Shown here piece by piece: positions 10,005 to 20,391 of a DNA stretch of 64,000 bases. Under the pieces are notes generated by a model that had not been told where the DNA came from, searched no databases, and worked only from the letters and a program-made list of their open reading frames with translations. The position numbers and the translations under genes are program-made. Each line of letters starts with the position of its first letter. Within the stretch, counting starts at the first letter, position 1. This stretch comes from an uncultured delta proteobacterium. Its GTDB lineage: Bacteria > Desulfobacterota > Desulfobacteria > Desulfobacterales > B30-G6. The DNA lies in assembly GCA_963823335.1 (NCBI GenBank), contig CAWGLD010000001.1, positions 896,001-960,000 of the forward strand, in the 5' to 3' direction.

Positions 10005-10385
10005 GTGAATTTTTCCTTTCTTTGGTTTGATAGATTGTTTAACGATCGTTTATCCGCTTGGGTTTGTGAAAATACGCGAGTGAGATGGATCGAGTGTGTA
10101 CCGGAATAAAAAAACAGCCAGCCATGAGACGCTCCATGGGGAACGAGTACGACGAGTCATTCTTTTTTAGTCTACTTCAAATTTCGCGTACGTCTGATTT
10201 TAAATCCGATAACCTGGATTGTCAAGGAGAACCAATGATTCGGCCCATTCCCGAAATAATTATTTTTCCGGCGACAACAGCGTTGGCCTCTGACCTTCCA
10301 GGTAACGTCATACAGGGCTGCCATGAAACCGTCAATTAGACAATTTCTGATCTTTTTGTCGGGATTTTTCTTACAAACAGATGGC

Positions 10386-10526
10386 TCATGCTTCTACCAA
10401 CCTGTTTTGAATGGCAAATCGGGATAATTCAGCATTGTTTCTGAGCTTCAGCTTTTTCAATAGCCGCGGTCGATAGGTGTCGACTGTTTTGATGCTGATG
10501 TTGTAATTTTCTGCGATCTCACGATT
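10386..10526 (-). pseudogene. C-terminal LuxR/NarL-type HTH remnant
   Basis: NREIAENYNISIKTVDTYRPRLLKKLKLRNNAELSRFAI matches the LuxR HTH; no receiver domain and no credible start; begins 30 nt after the mrcA stop. Confidence 0.75.
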
Positions 10527-10555
10527 TAACTGTATGTGATGGTTGGTTTTGGCGG

Positions 10556-12961
10556 TTACATGTCCAGCTTGAAAAAGTCTTCTGCTTCGGTAACCGTATC
10601 TGGCTTGCGGGTATATTCCGTGGGCACCGTGCCTTCTTTGAAACACTCGAATATGGTCTTTTTCGATTCCGGGATCGGCAGCAGCCCGGTCTCTGCATCG
10701 ATCTTGGCAAAGACAACACCTTCCGGCACTTGAAAAACCTTTATAGGCTGATCTTTCAGAATCTCCTGCATGAAACCGAGCCAGATAGGACTGGCGGTAC
10801 GGGCGCCTTGCTCACCTTCTCCCAGTGATTTCTCTTCGTCAAATCCGACCCAGACCCCGGTGATATAGCGCGGTGAATACCCCACAAACCAGGCATCATA
10901 AAGGTTGTTCGACGTACCTGTCTTGCCTGCCACCGGTCGCTTCAACGCCTTGACCCGCCTTCCGGTCCCGTTTTGGATAGCCCCTTCCAGGAGATTGGTT
11001 ATCAAGTAGGCGGTATTTTTCTCCAAGACTTTTTCTCTTACGGTGCTGGCCTCTTCGAGAATATTGCCATCACGGTCGACAATTTTTTGAATGAATACCG
11101 GTTGAACCAGATATCCCTGGTTGGCAAATACAGAATACGCATTCACCATCTCCAGCAGCGAAACACCGGACGACCCCAGGGCGATGGAAAGATCGTTGTT
11201 TAAATCTGAAGTGATGCCGAGTCTCCTGGCATAGGAGATACAATAGGACACGCCGATATCCTGTAATATTTTAATGGTGATTACGTTTCTGGATTCTTCC
11301 AGCGCCTCACGTAAAAGCGTGGGGCCATAAAATTTCTGGCCATAATTTCTCGGTTTCCACTTGAAATCCATTTCATCGTTCTGAAACACAATGGGCGAAT
11401 CGATGATGACAGAAGCCGGCGTATAACCCTTGTCCAGGGCTGCCGCATATATAACGGGCTTAAAGGCAGACCCGGGTTGCCTTCGGGACTGTACCGCCCG
11501 GTTGAACTGACTCTCCAGAAAATCCCTGCCGCCCACCATGACCTTGACATGGCCCGTTTCAGCTTCAATGCACAGCAAGCCTGCCTGTGCATCGGGTGTC
11601 TGCTCCAGAAAAAGGTGCCAGATGCCGGTTTCGGTGTCCAGCTCTCCGGGGCTTACCGAAATGACATCTCCCACACGAAAAACCTCGCTAGGTTTCCTGA
11701 CCTTCACGCGGAAATAGGCAATGTCAGAATCTGGTTTGCGTGCCCAGCGAATGTCTTCCAGCTGAATAATGCCCTGCTCTTTTCCCATCCGCACCCAAGT
11801 CTTGCCCTGGTCGTTGTCGACCTTGATGACAACACCTTCAGTGAGCATCCCCTGTGCCAGGGGCGTTTCTGCCAGTTTTTCTTCAATCGCAATGGAAAAG
11901 GCTTCGAATTCTTCCGGGGGAATCCGTTTGATGGGCCCGCGATAGCCCCGTCGGCGATCCAGGTCACGAAGTCCAATTTCAATCTCGGTACGGGCTTTTT
12001 TCTGCATTTCGATATTGACCGCTGTATAGACTTTCAAGCCCTGATTCAACAAGGCATCCGCGCCATACTGCGCTTCAATGTACCGCCGAACATGTTCGGT
12101 GTATTCCGGAACTTTCTCGATATACCAGTTCCGTCGGGGTTTGATATCCAGTTCGATGTTGATGGCTTCCGTTGCCTGGACACTTGAGACAAACTCCTCG
12201 TCAACCATCCGATTTAAAACATATATTTGTCGTTGCTTGGCCCGTTCCGGATGCCAGAAAGGTGAATACCGACTCGGGGCCTGGGGTAAGCCGGCCAAGA
12301 TGGCACATTCTGCCAGGTTTAACTCCTTGGCGGATTTTCCAAAATAATTTTCTGCTGCAGCTTGAACGCCATAGGCACCGTGTCCCAGGTAAATCTGGTT
12401 TAAATAAAGGTACAGAATATCTGCTTTAGAAAACGCTTTGTCGATACGATAGGCAAGGATCGCTTCCTTGATTTTTCGCTTATAGCTTCTTTCGGGTGTA
12501 AGAAAAAATGATTTGGTGACCTGCTGCGTAATGGTGCTTCCCCCCTGCACGATGGTTCCCGCCTCAAGATTTTTAAAAAATGCCCGCATGATACTGACGA
12601 AGTCAATCCCCTTGTGTTTAAAAAATCTGGCATCTTCAGCGGCAATAAAGGCATTCTTCAAGGTCTGAGGTATTTCAGACAAGGGGATAACGATTCTTCT
12701 TTCGGTATAAAATTCACCTATCTTACGATCGTCGTCTGAAAAAACTTCTGTGATCGTCGGTGGGCGGTATGCTGACAAAGAGGTGATTTTGGGCAGATCT
12801 TTGCTCAGATACAGGTAAAGACCGCCTGCAGCAATGACCACAGCAACCATGCACCCGACCAGGACCACCAGGGTCCACCGAAAAAGCCTTGAAATAAACG
12901 ATCTCTTTTTTTGGGGATGGTGATTCTTGGCTGGTGATAACTGTTCTGTGTCCGTCGTCAT
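10556..12961 (-). CDS. mrcA: Penicillin-binding protein 1A
   Basis: N-terminal TM, EDARFFKH, QGGSTITQQ, RKIKE transglycosylase motifs; SAFK, SRN, KTG transpeptidase motifs; ATG 12961 after AGGAG. Confidence 0.95.
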   Translation of the reverse strand: MTTDTEQLSPAKNHHPQKKRSFISRLFRWTLVVLVGCMVAVVIAAGGLYLYLSKDLPKITSLSAYRPPTITEVFSDDDRKIGEFYTERRIVIPLSEIPQTLKNAFIAAEDARFFKHKGIDFVSIMRAFFKNLEAGTIVQGGSTITQQVTKSFFLTPERSYKRKIKEAILAYRIDKAFSKADILYLYLNQIYLGHGAYGVQAAAENYFGKSAKELNLAECAILAGLPQAPSRYSPFWHPERAKQRQIYVLNRMVDEEFVSSVQATEAINIELDIKPRRNWYIEKVPEYTEHVRRYIEAQYGADALLNQGLKVYTAVNIEMQKKARTEIEIGLRDLDRRRGYRGPIKRIPPEEFEAFSIAIEEKLAETPLAQGMLTEGVVIKVDNDQGKTWVRMGKEQGIIQLEDIRWARKPDSDIAYFRVKVRKPSEVFRVGDVISVSPGELDTETGIWHLFLEQTPDAQAGLLCIEAETGHVKVMVGGRDFLESQFNRAVQSRRQPGSAFKPVIYAAALDKGYTPASVIIDSPIVFQNDEMDFKWKPRNYGQKFYGPTLLREALEESRNVITIKILQDIGVSYCISYARRLGITSDLNNDLSIALGSSGVSLLEMVNAYSVFANQGYLVQPVFIQKIVDRDGNILEEASTVREKVLEKNTAYLITNLLEGAIQNGTGRRVKALKRPVAGKTGTSNNLYDAWFVGYSPRYITGVWVGFDEEKSLGEGEQGARTASPIWLGFMQEILKDQPIKVFQVPEGVVFAKIDAETGLLPIPESKKTIFECFKEGTVPTEYTRKPDTVTEAEDFFKLDM

Positions 12962-13064
12962 CTTGCTCCTGTTCAAATAGCATTTAATAAAAACATAGTA
13001 TTTACAATAGGTACTCCCATTAGACAACATAAAAAACAATTTGACTTTATTTTTCGGTGCCGTT

Positions 13065-13189
13065 ATTGAAGAACCTCGCAGCATGCGAAAGGAATTCCAT
13101 CTAAGTCAGCTTCGCTCGCTAACCCCGCGGCGTGCGAAGCACTGCCGCAGGCAGAACCCATGGGGAATGCGCTCGCTGTTCAGGTTCAA
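13065..13189. repeat. Dispersed palindromic repeat family, copy 1 (longest)
   Basis: Reverse complement GGGGTTAGCGAGCGAAGCTGACTTAGATGGAATTCCTT aligns with 26933-26970; ends also match 23286-23345 and 61966-62020. Confidence 0.8.
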
Positions 13190-13204
13190 GCAGCATGCCT
13201 TTAG

Positions 13205-13396
13205 AAGCAATCTCAAAAATAGGATTTTTGTTCCCCGCAAAAAGAGCGGGATCTTCGTCAAAGTCAAGGCGGTACCGAGTTTCAACCTTCAGGCGCCCGC
13301 AGGATGTGCCCCTGGGGTGAATACTGCAGTATTTTGAGAACTTGAAACGAAAGTACAACACAGAATTTGGGCTAAAAGACATTTTTGAGATGACTT
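13205..13396. mobile_element. MITE-like element (~190 bp) with terminal inverted repeats
   Basis: AAGCAATCTCAAAAAT vs ATTTTTGAGATGACTT (14/16 inverted match, 11 bp perfect); no coding capacity. Confidence 0.55.
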
Positions 13397-13494
13397 ATCG
13401 TTAGGCCGATTCCCTATAGAGATGATCTGCAATCGCTTGCAGATAGACAATGGTCTGCTCCCGGCGAAAGACAACAATACCAAAGCAGGAAAAA

Positions 13495-13872
13495 ATGAAC
13501 AAACTCGATTTTCAGAAAACCGGTGGTCTGATACCTGCCATCGTCCAGGATGCTGATACAGGAGATGTCCTCATGATGGCTTATATGAACCCAGAGGCCT
13601 GGGAAGCGACACAAGCGACACGCAAAGCCACTTTCTGGAGTCGCAGTCGACAGGAGCTCTGGGTCAAGGGTCTGACCTCCGGAAATGTTCAGCATGTAAA
13701 AGAAATCTACATTGACTGTGATAACGATGCGGTCCTCCTGAAAGTGAAACAGGCAGGAGGGGCGGCCTGCCATACCGGCCATAAGAGCTGTTTTTTCAAA
13801 CGGGTCGAAGGCGAAACCATCCAGATTGTCGGCGAACCCGTATTCGACCCGAAGGAGGTCTACAAGTTATGA
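13495..13872 (+). CDS. hisI: Phosphoribosyl-AMP cyclohydrolase
   Basis: [35 protein letters not shown]; start moved to ATG 13495. Confidence 0.96.
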   Translation: MNKLDFQKTGGLIPAIVQDADTGDVLMMAYMNPEAWEATQATRKATFWSRSRQELWVKGLTSGNVQHVKEIYIDCDNDAVLLKVKQAGGAACHTGHKSCFFKRVEGETIQIVGEPVFDPKEVYKL

Positions 13873-14744
13873 TGTCACCACTGAAACTCGGTATCCCCAA
13901 AGGGAGCCTTCAGAATTCAACCATTGCATTGTTCAAGCGATCGGGATGGACCATCAATGTGAACGGCAGAAGCTATTTTCCCGAAATTGATGACGACAGA
14001 ATTGAATGTGCCATCTGCCGGGCACAGGAAATGTCGCGTTACGTTGAAAACGGAACCCTTGAAGCAGGTCTCACCGGTAAAGACTGGATCGCTGAAAACA
14101 CTTCCGATGTACATGTCGTCACCGATCTCGTCTATTCAAAAGTCAGTTCCCGTCCAGCAAGATGGGTGCTGGCCGTCCCGTTTGACTCGGGTATTCGTTC
14201 CCTTGAGGATTTGAACGGCAAAAAAATAGCCACTGAGTTGACAGGCTTCACCCAACGCTATTTCGCCGAAAAGGGAATCGATGTAACAGTAGAATTTTCC
14301 TGGGGCGCAACCGAGGCAAAGGTCGTATCCGGTCTGGCAGATGCCGTTGTCGAGGTCACAGAGACAGGCAGCACCATCAAAGCCCACGGCTTAAGAATCA
14401 TTCATGAGCTGATGCAGACCAATACCCAGCTGATCGCCAACCGGGAAATCTGGAAAGATAAATCCAAAAGAAAAATAATCGAGCAGATCGCGCTGCTGCT
14501 GAAAGGCGCTCTGCGTGGTGAAAAGCTGGTGGGTCTGAAAATGAATGTTTCCGAAGATCACCTGAAGAAGATTATTGCACTGCTGCCAAGCCTGAATGCA
14601 CCAACCATTGCACCGTTGTACGAGACAAGCTGGTTTTCCTTGGAAACGGTCGTCGATATCAGCGTGGTGAGAGATTTGATTCCGGTACTCCTGAAAGCAG
14701 GGGCCGAAGGCATCATTGAATACCCCTTGAACAAGGTCGTCTAA
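13869..14744 (+). CDS. hisG: ATP phosphoribosyltransferase (long form)
   Basis: [23 protein letters not shown]-terminal regulatory domain (GAEGIIEYP). Confidence 0.96.
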   Translation: MMSPLKLGIPKGSLQNSTIALFKRSGWTINVNGRSYFPEIDDDRIECAICRAQEMSRYVENGTLEAGLTGKDWIAENTSDVHVVTDLVYSKVSSRPARWVLAVPFDSGIRSLEDLNGKKIATELTGFTQRYFAEKGIDVTVEFSWGATEAKVVSGLADAVVEVTETGSTIKAHGLRIIHELMQTNTQLIANREIWKDKSKRKIIEQIALLLKGALRGEKLVGLKMNVSEDHLKKIIALLPSLNAPTIAPLYETSWFSLETVVDISVVRDLIPVLLKAGAEGIIEYPLNKVV

Positions 14745-14749
14745 ACACT

Positions 14750-15349
14750 ATGTTGATTAAATCCGCTCAATTCGTTACCAGTGCTGTCAAACCATCTCAG
14801 TACCCGGAGCCCTCTTTTCCGGAAGTGGCCTTTGCCGGACGCTCGAATGTCGGCAAATCATCCCTGTTGAACGTACTGGTCAACCGAAAAAGTCTGGTCA
14901 AGACCAGCAAAACACCCGGCCGTACGCAGCTGATCAATTTTTTCCTGGTGAATCAGGCGATTTCCCTGGTAGACTTGCCTGGGTATGGCTATGCCAAGGT
15001 TCCCACCGCCGTCAAACGCACCTGGGGTCCCATGATCGAGACCTACCTTTCCGAAAGGAAACCATTGACAAGTGTGGTTTTAATCATGGATATCAGGCGG
15101 TTACCGAAAGAATATGAGCTCAACTTCCTTGACTGGCTCTCCCAGCAACGCCTGCCCTGCATTCCCGTCCTCACCAAGGCGGACAAACTTTCCAAAACCC
15201 GCCAGATGAAACAGCGGTTTTCTATTGCGAAACTGCTTGGCATGGGTCCTGATCAACTTATCCTCTTTTCTGCCAAGAACCGATCGGGCATCCTAGAGGT
15301 CTGGCATGCCATTGAGCACCATCTGATAGGTGGAGAAACAGGATCATGA
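14750..15349 (+). CDS. engB: Ribosome biogenesis GTPase EngB/YihA
   Basis: GRSNVGKSS, TSKTPGRT, DLPGYGYA, TKADK. Confidence 0.96.
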   Translation: MLIKSAQFVTSAVKPSQYPEPSFPEVAFAGRSNVGKSSLLNVLVNRKSLVKTSKTPGRTQLINFFLVNQAISLVDLPGYGYAKVPTAVKRTWGPMIETYLSERKPLTSVVLIMDIRRLPKEYELNFLDWLSQQRLPCIPVLTKADKLSKTRQMKQRFSIAKLLGMGPDQLILFSAKNRSGILEVWHAIEHHLIGGETGS

Positions 15350-16248
15350 CCAAAATGGAACCAATTGATTTCAAGTCTGGTTTTGTCGCCATTATCGGTG
15401 CACCCAATGTCGGCAAGTCAACCCTGCTCAACAAAATGCTGGGGCAAAAACTGTCCATCACTTCAAAAAAGCCCCAGACAACCCGAAATCGCATCCTAGG
15501 TATCGCCAATAAACCCTCTGCCCAGTATATCTTTCTGGACACACCGGGTGTTCACCAGTCAAAAAGCCCTCTCAATCTGAGGATTGTGGAGGTGGCCCTG
15601 GCAACCCTCGGGGACTCCGACCTGATTCTCATGCTCGTGGACGCATCCAGACCCGATCCCACGTCAGAAGGCCTTCTGCTTCAGGCCCTTAAAAATCAGG
15701 CAAATCCAGTGGTGCTAGCCATCAACAAAACAGATCTGGTTAAAAAACCCGTGCTTTTAGGACAAATCGATAGCTGGCATAAGGCCTATCCCTTCCAGGC
15801 AATCATCCCCATTTCAGCCAAAACAGAAGATCAGGTGGATGCCCTGTTTTCTGCCATGGCCACATTGCTGCCTCCGGGCCCGCCACTATTTCCTGAATCG
15901 TTGATGACCGACATGCCGGTGCGCTTCCTGGCCGCTGAAATGATTCGGGAAAAGGCCTTTCGAATGACTGGACAGGAACTCCCCTATGCCGTTGCCGTTA
16001 CAATCGATGCCTTCAAAGAAGAAAAAAACGGCCGCTTGACTTCTATCGAGGCAACCATCCATGTTGAACGGGATTCCCAAAAAGGCGTTATCATAGGTAA
16101 AAAAGGCTCTAAACTCAAACAGATCGGAGAGGCAGCCCGCAAGGAAATCGAACTGATGCTGGCAAGCAAAGTTTTTTTAAAGCTGTTTGTGCGGGTTCAA
16201 AAAAACTGGACCCGGGATACCAAGGCTCTACGTCGCTTCGGCTACTAA
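15346..16248 (+). CDS. era: GTPase Era
   Basis: GAPNVGKST, KPQTTR, DTPG, NKTD, KH domain VIIGKKG. Confidence 0.97.
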   Translation: MTKMEPIDFKSGFVAIIGAPNVGKSTLLNKMLGQKLSITSKKPQTTRNRILGIANKPSAQYIFLDTPGVHQSKSPLNLRIVEVALATLGDSDLILMLVDASRPDPTSEGLLLQALKNQANPVVLAINKTDLVKKPVLLGQIDSWHKAYPFQAIIPISAKTEDQVDALFSAMATLLPPGPPLFPESLMTDMPVRFLAAEMIREKAFRMTGQELPYAVAVTIDAFKEEKNGRLTSIEATIHVERDSQKGVIIGKKGSKLKQIGEAARKEIELMLASKVFLKLFVRVQKNWTRDTKALRRFGY

Positions 16249-16321
16249 TCCGAATATTTCATGAAACGTTGCAAGTTTCACCCTCCTGTCTCGCTCTTCG
16301 AGTTTTCATTCTATGTGCTTG

Positions 16322-17599
16322 TCAGAATGACTGGCCACGGGAGGATCGCATCCCTTTAAGGATGCCCTGGATGATGAGTCCCATGAAGGTGATGCCGGCC
16401 GCCACTACAAACGAGATCTGATAGGCCGTTGTTTCTGCATAATTTTTCTGAATCATCTGGTCCACGATTGGCCCGGCAATAAAAGTACCTGCCAGCCCCC
16501 AGCTCAAAAAGAATGTGGCATTGAACAGGGCGAACAACCGACCCCGTTTTTCCGGCGGAATCAGGACAGATGCCATGGTGTATGATGTTGCCATGATGAT
16601 CACATCGGCAAACCCTCTCAAAAAGCTACAAAAATAAATCAGTGGCAGCCAGGTCGTTTTTGCGAGCACCAGCAGCGCAACAATACCGACGGCGGTGCTG
16701 GCCATCAGTGACACATCATCGCCTATCCTGCGGCTCATCCATCCGGTTGTCCATCCCAGAAGGATCATGGCGGCAGACTGGGTGTTGAAAATATATCCCA
16801 GTTCGCGGCTGCCCACGTCGATACCCGTCGGCAACGTCAGGTATTGGGCCAGGATAATGGCCACGGAATTGCGACCAAAGTTGATAAAAACCATGCCCAC
16901 CAGAAACAAGGTAAAAAAGAGCGTCGTGGCGGTATTGGCCCCGGCAATAGGAAGCACATCTTCTTTTTTTCCGGGCGGTTTTGTACCGCCTTCCGGCAGC
17001 AGAAACAACGGGAGGGTCGATATCCACATGGCGGCCGAAGCCACAAAAAACAAGCTCCCCTCATGGAAACCCCAGCCTTCGAAATGAATTCCCATGCCAT
17101 CATACAGCAGGCCGCCCACCCAGACTCCCGCCATTCTGCCCAGCCCGCCCATGCTGGTGAGCCTCCCCAGCATACGGCTCCTGTCCTTATCGGTGTAGAT
17201 ATCTGAAATCAGGGCACTCCAGGCAATGTTTGACATGGACCAGAAAATTTCGACCACGGACAGACCCACAACGATAGCATACCCCGCCGCTGCAGGGTGG
17301 GCAAATTTTCGGTGCACATACCACACCAGAAGGGTACCGATACCTGCCAATATTTCACCGATAACAATTAGTGTCCGTCGCAGTTGAAATCGGTCGGAAA
17401 TGCGTCCCCAGATAAAAGTCTGGCACACTATATTCACGATCATGGGCAAGGTCGCGAAGAGAGTCGTCTCTGTTACGCTCAGACCGAGATAATGCCGCAG
17501 ATAAATGGAGAGATAGGCATAAAAAAGACCCCGTCGAAACATGGCCAGCATTTCAAAAGATGAAAGGCCAAAAAATTTCTTATGGCTTGGCAGATTCAA
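16322..17599 (-). CDS. MFS transporter
   Basis: About 12 hydrophobic segments, WGRISDRFQLRR motif A-like; TTG start abutting the upstream stop. Confidence 0.85.
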   Translation of the reverse strand: MNLPSHKKFFGLSSFEMLAMFRRGLFYAYLSIYLRHYLGLSVTETTLFATLPMIVNIVCQTFIWGRISDRFQLRRTLIVIGEILAGIGTLLVWYVHRKFAHPAAAGYAIVVGLSVVEIFWSMSNIAWSALISDIYTDKDRSRMLGRLTSMGGLGRMAGVWVGGLLYDGMGIHFEGWGFHEGSLFFVASAAMWISTLPLFLLPEGGTKPPGKKEDVLPIAGANTATTLFFTLFLVGMVFINFGRNSVAIILAQYLTLPTGIDVGSRELGYIFNTQSAAMILLGWTTGWMSRRIGDDVSLMASTAVGIVALLVLAKTTWLPLIYFCSFLRGFADVIIMATSYTMASVLIPPEKRGRLFALFNATFFLSWGLAGTFIAGPIVDQMIQKNYAETTAYQISFVVAAGITFMGLIIQGILKGMRSSRGQSF

Positions 17600-18379
17600 T
17601 CAGCGTTCTTTCCACTGGGCAATTCGTTTTTCCAAAAACGAACTGATACCTTCCTTGGCATCGTCAGTGCTGCAAAGTCTTGCAAATGCCTCGTTCATGT
17701 ATTCGAAGGATTTATAATAATCAAGATCGGCAGCAGAATAGAATGCTTTTTTAGCGATCTGTACGGCAATGGGGCTTTTCTTTGCTAAAATTTTTGCCCA
17801 GGCCCGCGTCTCGGTCTCAAGATCCTCTTTGGGGACAATTCGGTTAACAAGCCCCATGGCCATGGCCCTATCGGCTTTGATCAACTCTCCGAAAAGCAGG
17901 AGCTCCAGGGCCCTCTTTCGGCCAACAGACCGTGAGACAGGCACCACCGGTCCCACGCAGTTCAGCCCGACATTGATAGCCGTCAATCCCAGGCGGGCGT
18001 TTTCCGCCATAACAGCCAGGTCGGAAGCTGCCACAAGACCGGCGCCATTGGCTGCCGCCACACCCTGAACCTGGGCGATGACCGGTTTGCTGATACGGCT
18101 GATGGTTATCAAAGGATTCTCCATACGTTCCACCCAGGATCGGTATTCCATGGTATTTTTTTCGAAAAATTCACTGACATCGATTCCGGCACAGAAAGCT
18201 TTACCCGCGCCCTTCAGAATAATGACCCTTACGGTACGTTCCTTGTCCAGATCATGGAAAGCCTGGTCCAGTTCCAGTGCCATGGGCGAGTTAAACGTAT
18301 TCAGGTGCTCAGGCCGGTTGAGAGTGATCACACCGACAAAATCATCCCCGATGGTAACCGTAAGATTCTGATAATTCAT
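17600..18379 (-). CDS. Enoyl-CoA hydratase/isomerase (crotonase) family
   Basis: ITLNRPE, AFCAGID, KPVIAQVQG, GLVNRIV. Confidence 0.92.
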   Translation of the reverse strand: MNYQNLTVTIGDDFVGVITLNRPEHLNTFNSPMALELDQAFHDLDKERTVRVIILKGAGKAFCAGIDVSEFFEKNTMEYRSWVERMENPLITISRISKPVIAQVQGVAAANGAGLVAASDLAVMAENARLGLTAINVGLNCVGPVVPVSRSVGRKRALELLLFGELIKADRAMAMGLVNRIVPKEDLETETRAWAKILAKKSPIAVQIAKKAFYSAADLDYYKSFEYMNEAFARLCSTDDAKEGISSFLEKRIAQWKER

Positions 18380-18657
18380 CTATTTCTCCTTTTCTTGCGC
18401 TGCTTCGGCTGCGGTCATACATTGACGAACAACCCCTATCGGCAGGATAGTATGGGGTTGTCAAACAAACCGTTGCTCGATTAAAATATTTGACACCTCC
18501 CTATTGCGGATTACCTCTTTACAGGATATAGCATTATGAAAAAGCAGTTCAATGTGGCAACAATTTACACAACCGAATGGTAGTTCTTTACATAGCAAGC
18601 CAGATGACATACGATGCATCGAATTAATATCATTATGAAAAACTAAATTCCCGTTTC

Positions 18658-18673
18658 TGGCATCAAAGTTGCT
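18658..18673 (+). promoter_or_regulatory. Putative sigma54 (-24/-12) promoter for the lytic transglycosylase gene
   Basis: TGGCAT-CAAAG-TTGCT with correct spacing, ~65 nt before the ATG. Confidence 0.6.
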
Positions 18674-18739
18674 GATGTTGTATAGAGATGGTCAACAACA
18701 AAAAACCTTATACTATTTGATCACACTTGCGTGTAGCAT

Positions 18740-19372
18740 ATGAATACCCTAAAAACCATACTGACCATATTATTTGCTTTCAGCATTCTTTCCATTCCGA
18801 AAGCTATCAGCAGTCAGCAAAGCGCCATTCTGATGCTCGTGGACAAATCGATACCAACGGCATCGCTGCCGGTACCTTCAAAGATCGCCTATCCTGTGGG
18901 CCATAACAAAAGCCTCTCTCAGATAGGCAGTAGGGTGTCCGTTTATCTGAGTGCCCCCCATCTGCTTTATAACACTATCATCGAAACAACTGCAGCACGA
19001 CACAAAATCGATCCGGCACTCGTCAAAGCCGTCATCATGGCCGAATCACGCTATAACCACCGTGCTGTCTCAAAAAAAGGGGCCGGCGGTTTGATGCAAT
19101 TGATGCCCCGCACCGCCAAGTCGCTTGGCGTCCAGGACATATTCGATCCCGAAGATAACATCATGGGGGGGGTACGCTATCTCAAGAAACTGCTCAACCG
19201 CTTCGGGGGAGATACCAGGCTGGCCCTGGCTGCCTACAATGCCGGCAGTCGCCATGTCAGGCATTACAATGGCATCCCTCCATTTCTTCAAACCAGGACC
19301 TTCATAAAGAACGTCTTGAAATACCAACAAATGTATAAAACAAACGTCCTCCAGAGAAGCAAGCTCGTCTGA
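18740..19372 (+). CDS. Lytic transglycosylase (SLT domain)
   Basis: Signal peptide, AVIMAES, GAGGLMQLMP, ALAAYNAG. Confidence 0.93.
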   Translation: MNTLKTILTILFAFSILSIPKAISSQQSAILMLVDKSIPTASLPVPSKIAYPVGHNKSLSQIGSRVSVYLSAPHLLYNTIIETTAARHKIDPALVKAVIMAESRYNHRAVSKKGAGGLMQLMPRTAKSLGVQDIFDPEDNIMGGVRYLKKLLNRFGGDTRLALAAYNAGSRHVRHYNGIPPFLQTRTFIKNVLKYQQMYKTNVLQRSKLV

Positions 19373-19454
19373 CACCATCCCGGGTCTGGCCTTCTAGTAC
19401 GGCAATGGTAAAGACCTGCTGATGAACAGACAGGAATTGCCCGCCGAACCCGGT

Positions 19455-20345
19455 TCAAATCGATACGGCCGCTTTCGTCGAATCTGACAGCAGAACGCTA
19501 TTCAGGACAACCGCCATGAGGCCATGATTGTTTCCCTGATCAACCACACGAACGCGTGTCAAGACAGAATGATGATCCATACGTAGCACCTCTGCTGTGG
19601 TTAGAAAGGGACCCGTTATTCCCGGTGACATGTAGTGAATGACCAGATCCTGCGTCTGTCCAGGCTTTCCTGTGGCTTCCCGGGCGGCAGCTATTCCTGC
19701 CAGGTCTGCCAGAAAAGCCGTCATACCACCCTGGAGGGAGCCGAGGCTGTTGCGGACATAATCATTCATTTTCAGAACAAGCTTCCCTGCTGCGCGATCG
19801 AGAATTCGAATACCGGCTTTTTGGATAAAAGGCTTGTCCAGACCCGTTCCCTTCAGTGAAAATCGAACGGCTTCACGGGGATTGTCCGTGGTCTTCATCC
19901 GCAAGTTTGTTTTGTTTCCCGGCAACCGGGAATAAGTTATCATGGCATAACCCGCCGGGGTCTTCTTTTGGGGGGCACCCGTTTCTTCTGCCTGGATGTC
20001 AACACCGATAACAACGGAAGTGCGTCCGGCACGCAGAACGTGACCCTCAGCTGATACCGGTCCGGACAGCACCTGGCGGGTGGTATGGATTGACAGGTTC
20101 GATGTTGAAATCCAGTCCGGCGAGACGGCGGGAATAGCAACGACACCCCCCAGTACATCCACCAGTGCCGCCAGCAAGCCCACATAGAAAACACCCTTTT
20201 CCGAACAGACCTCGGGAACCACCGGTGCCCGGATGATGGCACCATCCATTGTGCTTGTTACCACTTCTATACAGAGATCCCTAAGCATATGGTTCTGGGG
20301 TGGATAGGTGCTATCCAAAAAATGTTTGAACGTCGTCTCTACCAT
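19455..20345 (-). CDS. Tandem hotdog-fold (PaaI-like) thioesterase
   Basis: Two hotdog repeats; NSLGSLQGGMTAFLAD in the second. Confidence 0.8.
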   Translation of the reverse strand: MVETTFKHFLDSTYPPQNHMLRDLCIEVVTSTMDGAIIRAPVVPEVCSEKGVFYVGLLAALVDVLGGVVAIPAVSPDWISTSNLSIHTTRQVLSGPVSAEGHVLRAGRTSVVIGVDIQAEETGAPQKKTPAGYAMITYSRLPGNKTNLRMKTTDNPREAVRFSLKGTGLDKPFIQKAGIRILDRAAGKLVLKMNDYVRNSLGSLQGGMTAFLADLAGIAAAREATGKPGQTQDLVIHYMSPGITGPFLTTAEVLRMDHHSVLTRVRVVDQGNNHGLMAVVLNSVLLSDSTKAAVSI

Positions 20346-20391
20346 TTAGATCGTCTGTGTCTCTCCATAAAAAGGTTATACGAAACAGGCA

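Noticed and set aside
13065-13494. his operon attenuator, riboswitch or protein-coding ORFs (13041-13337, 13119-13382, 13132-13320)
   Set aside because: No His-codon-rich leader; the region is explained by two repeat elements, and the ORFs have no recognisable motifs.
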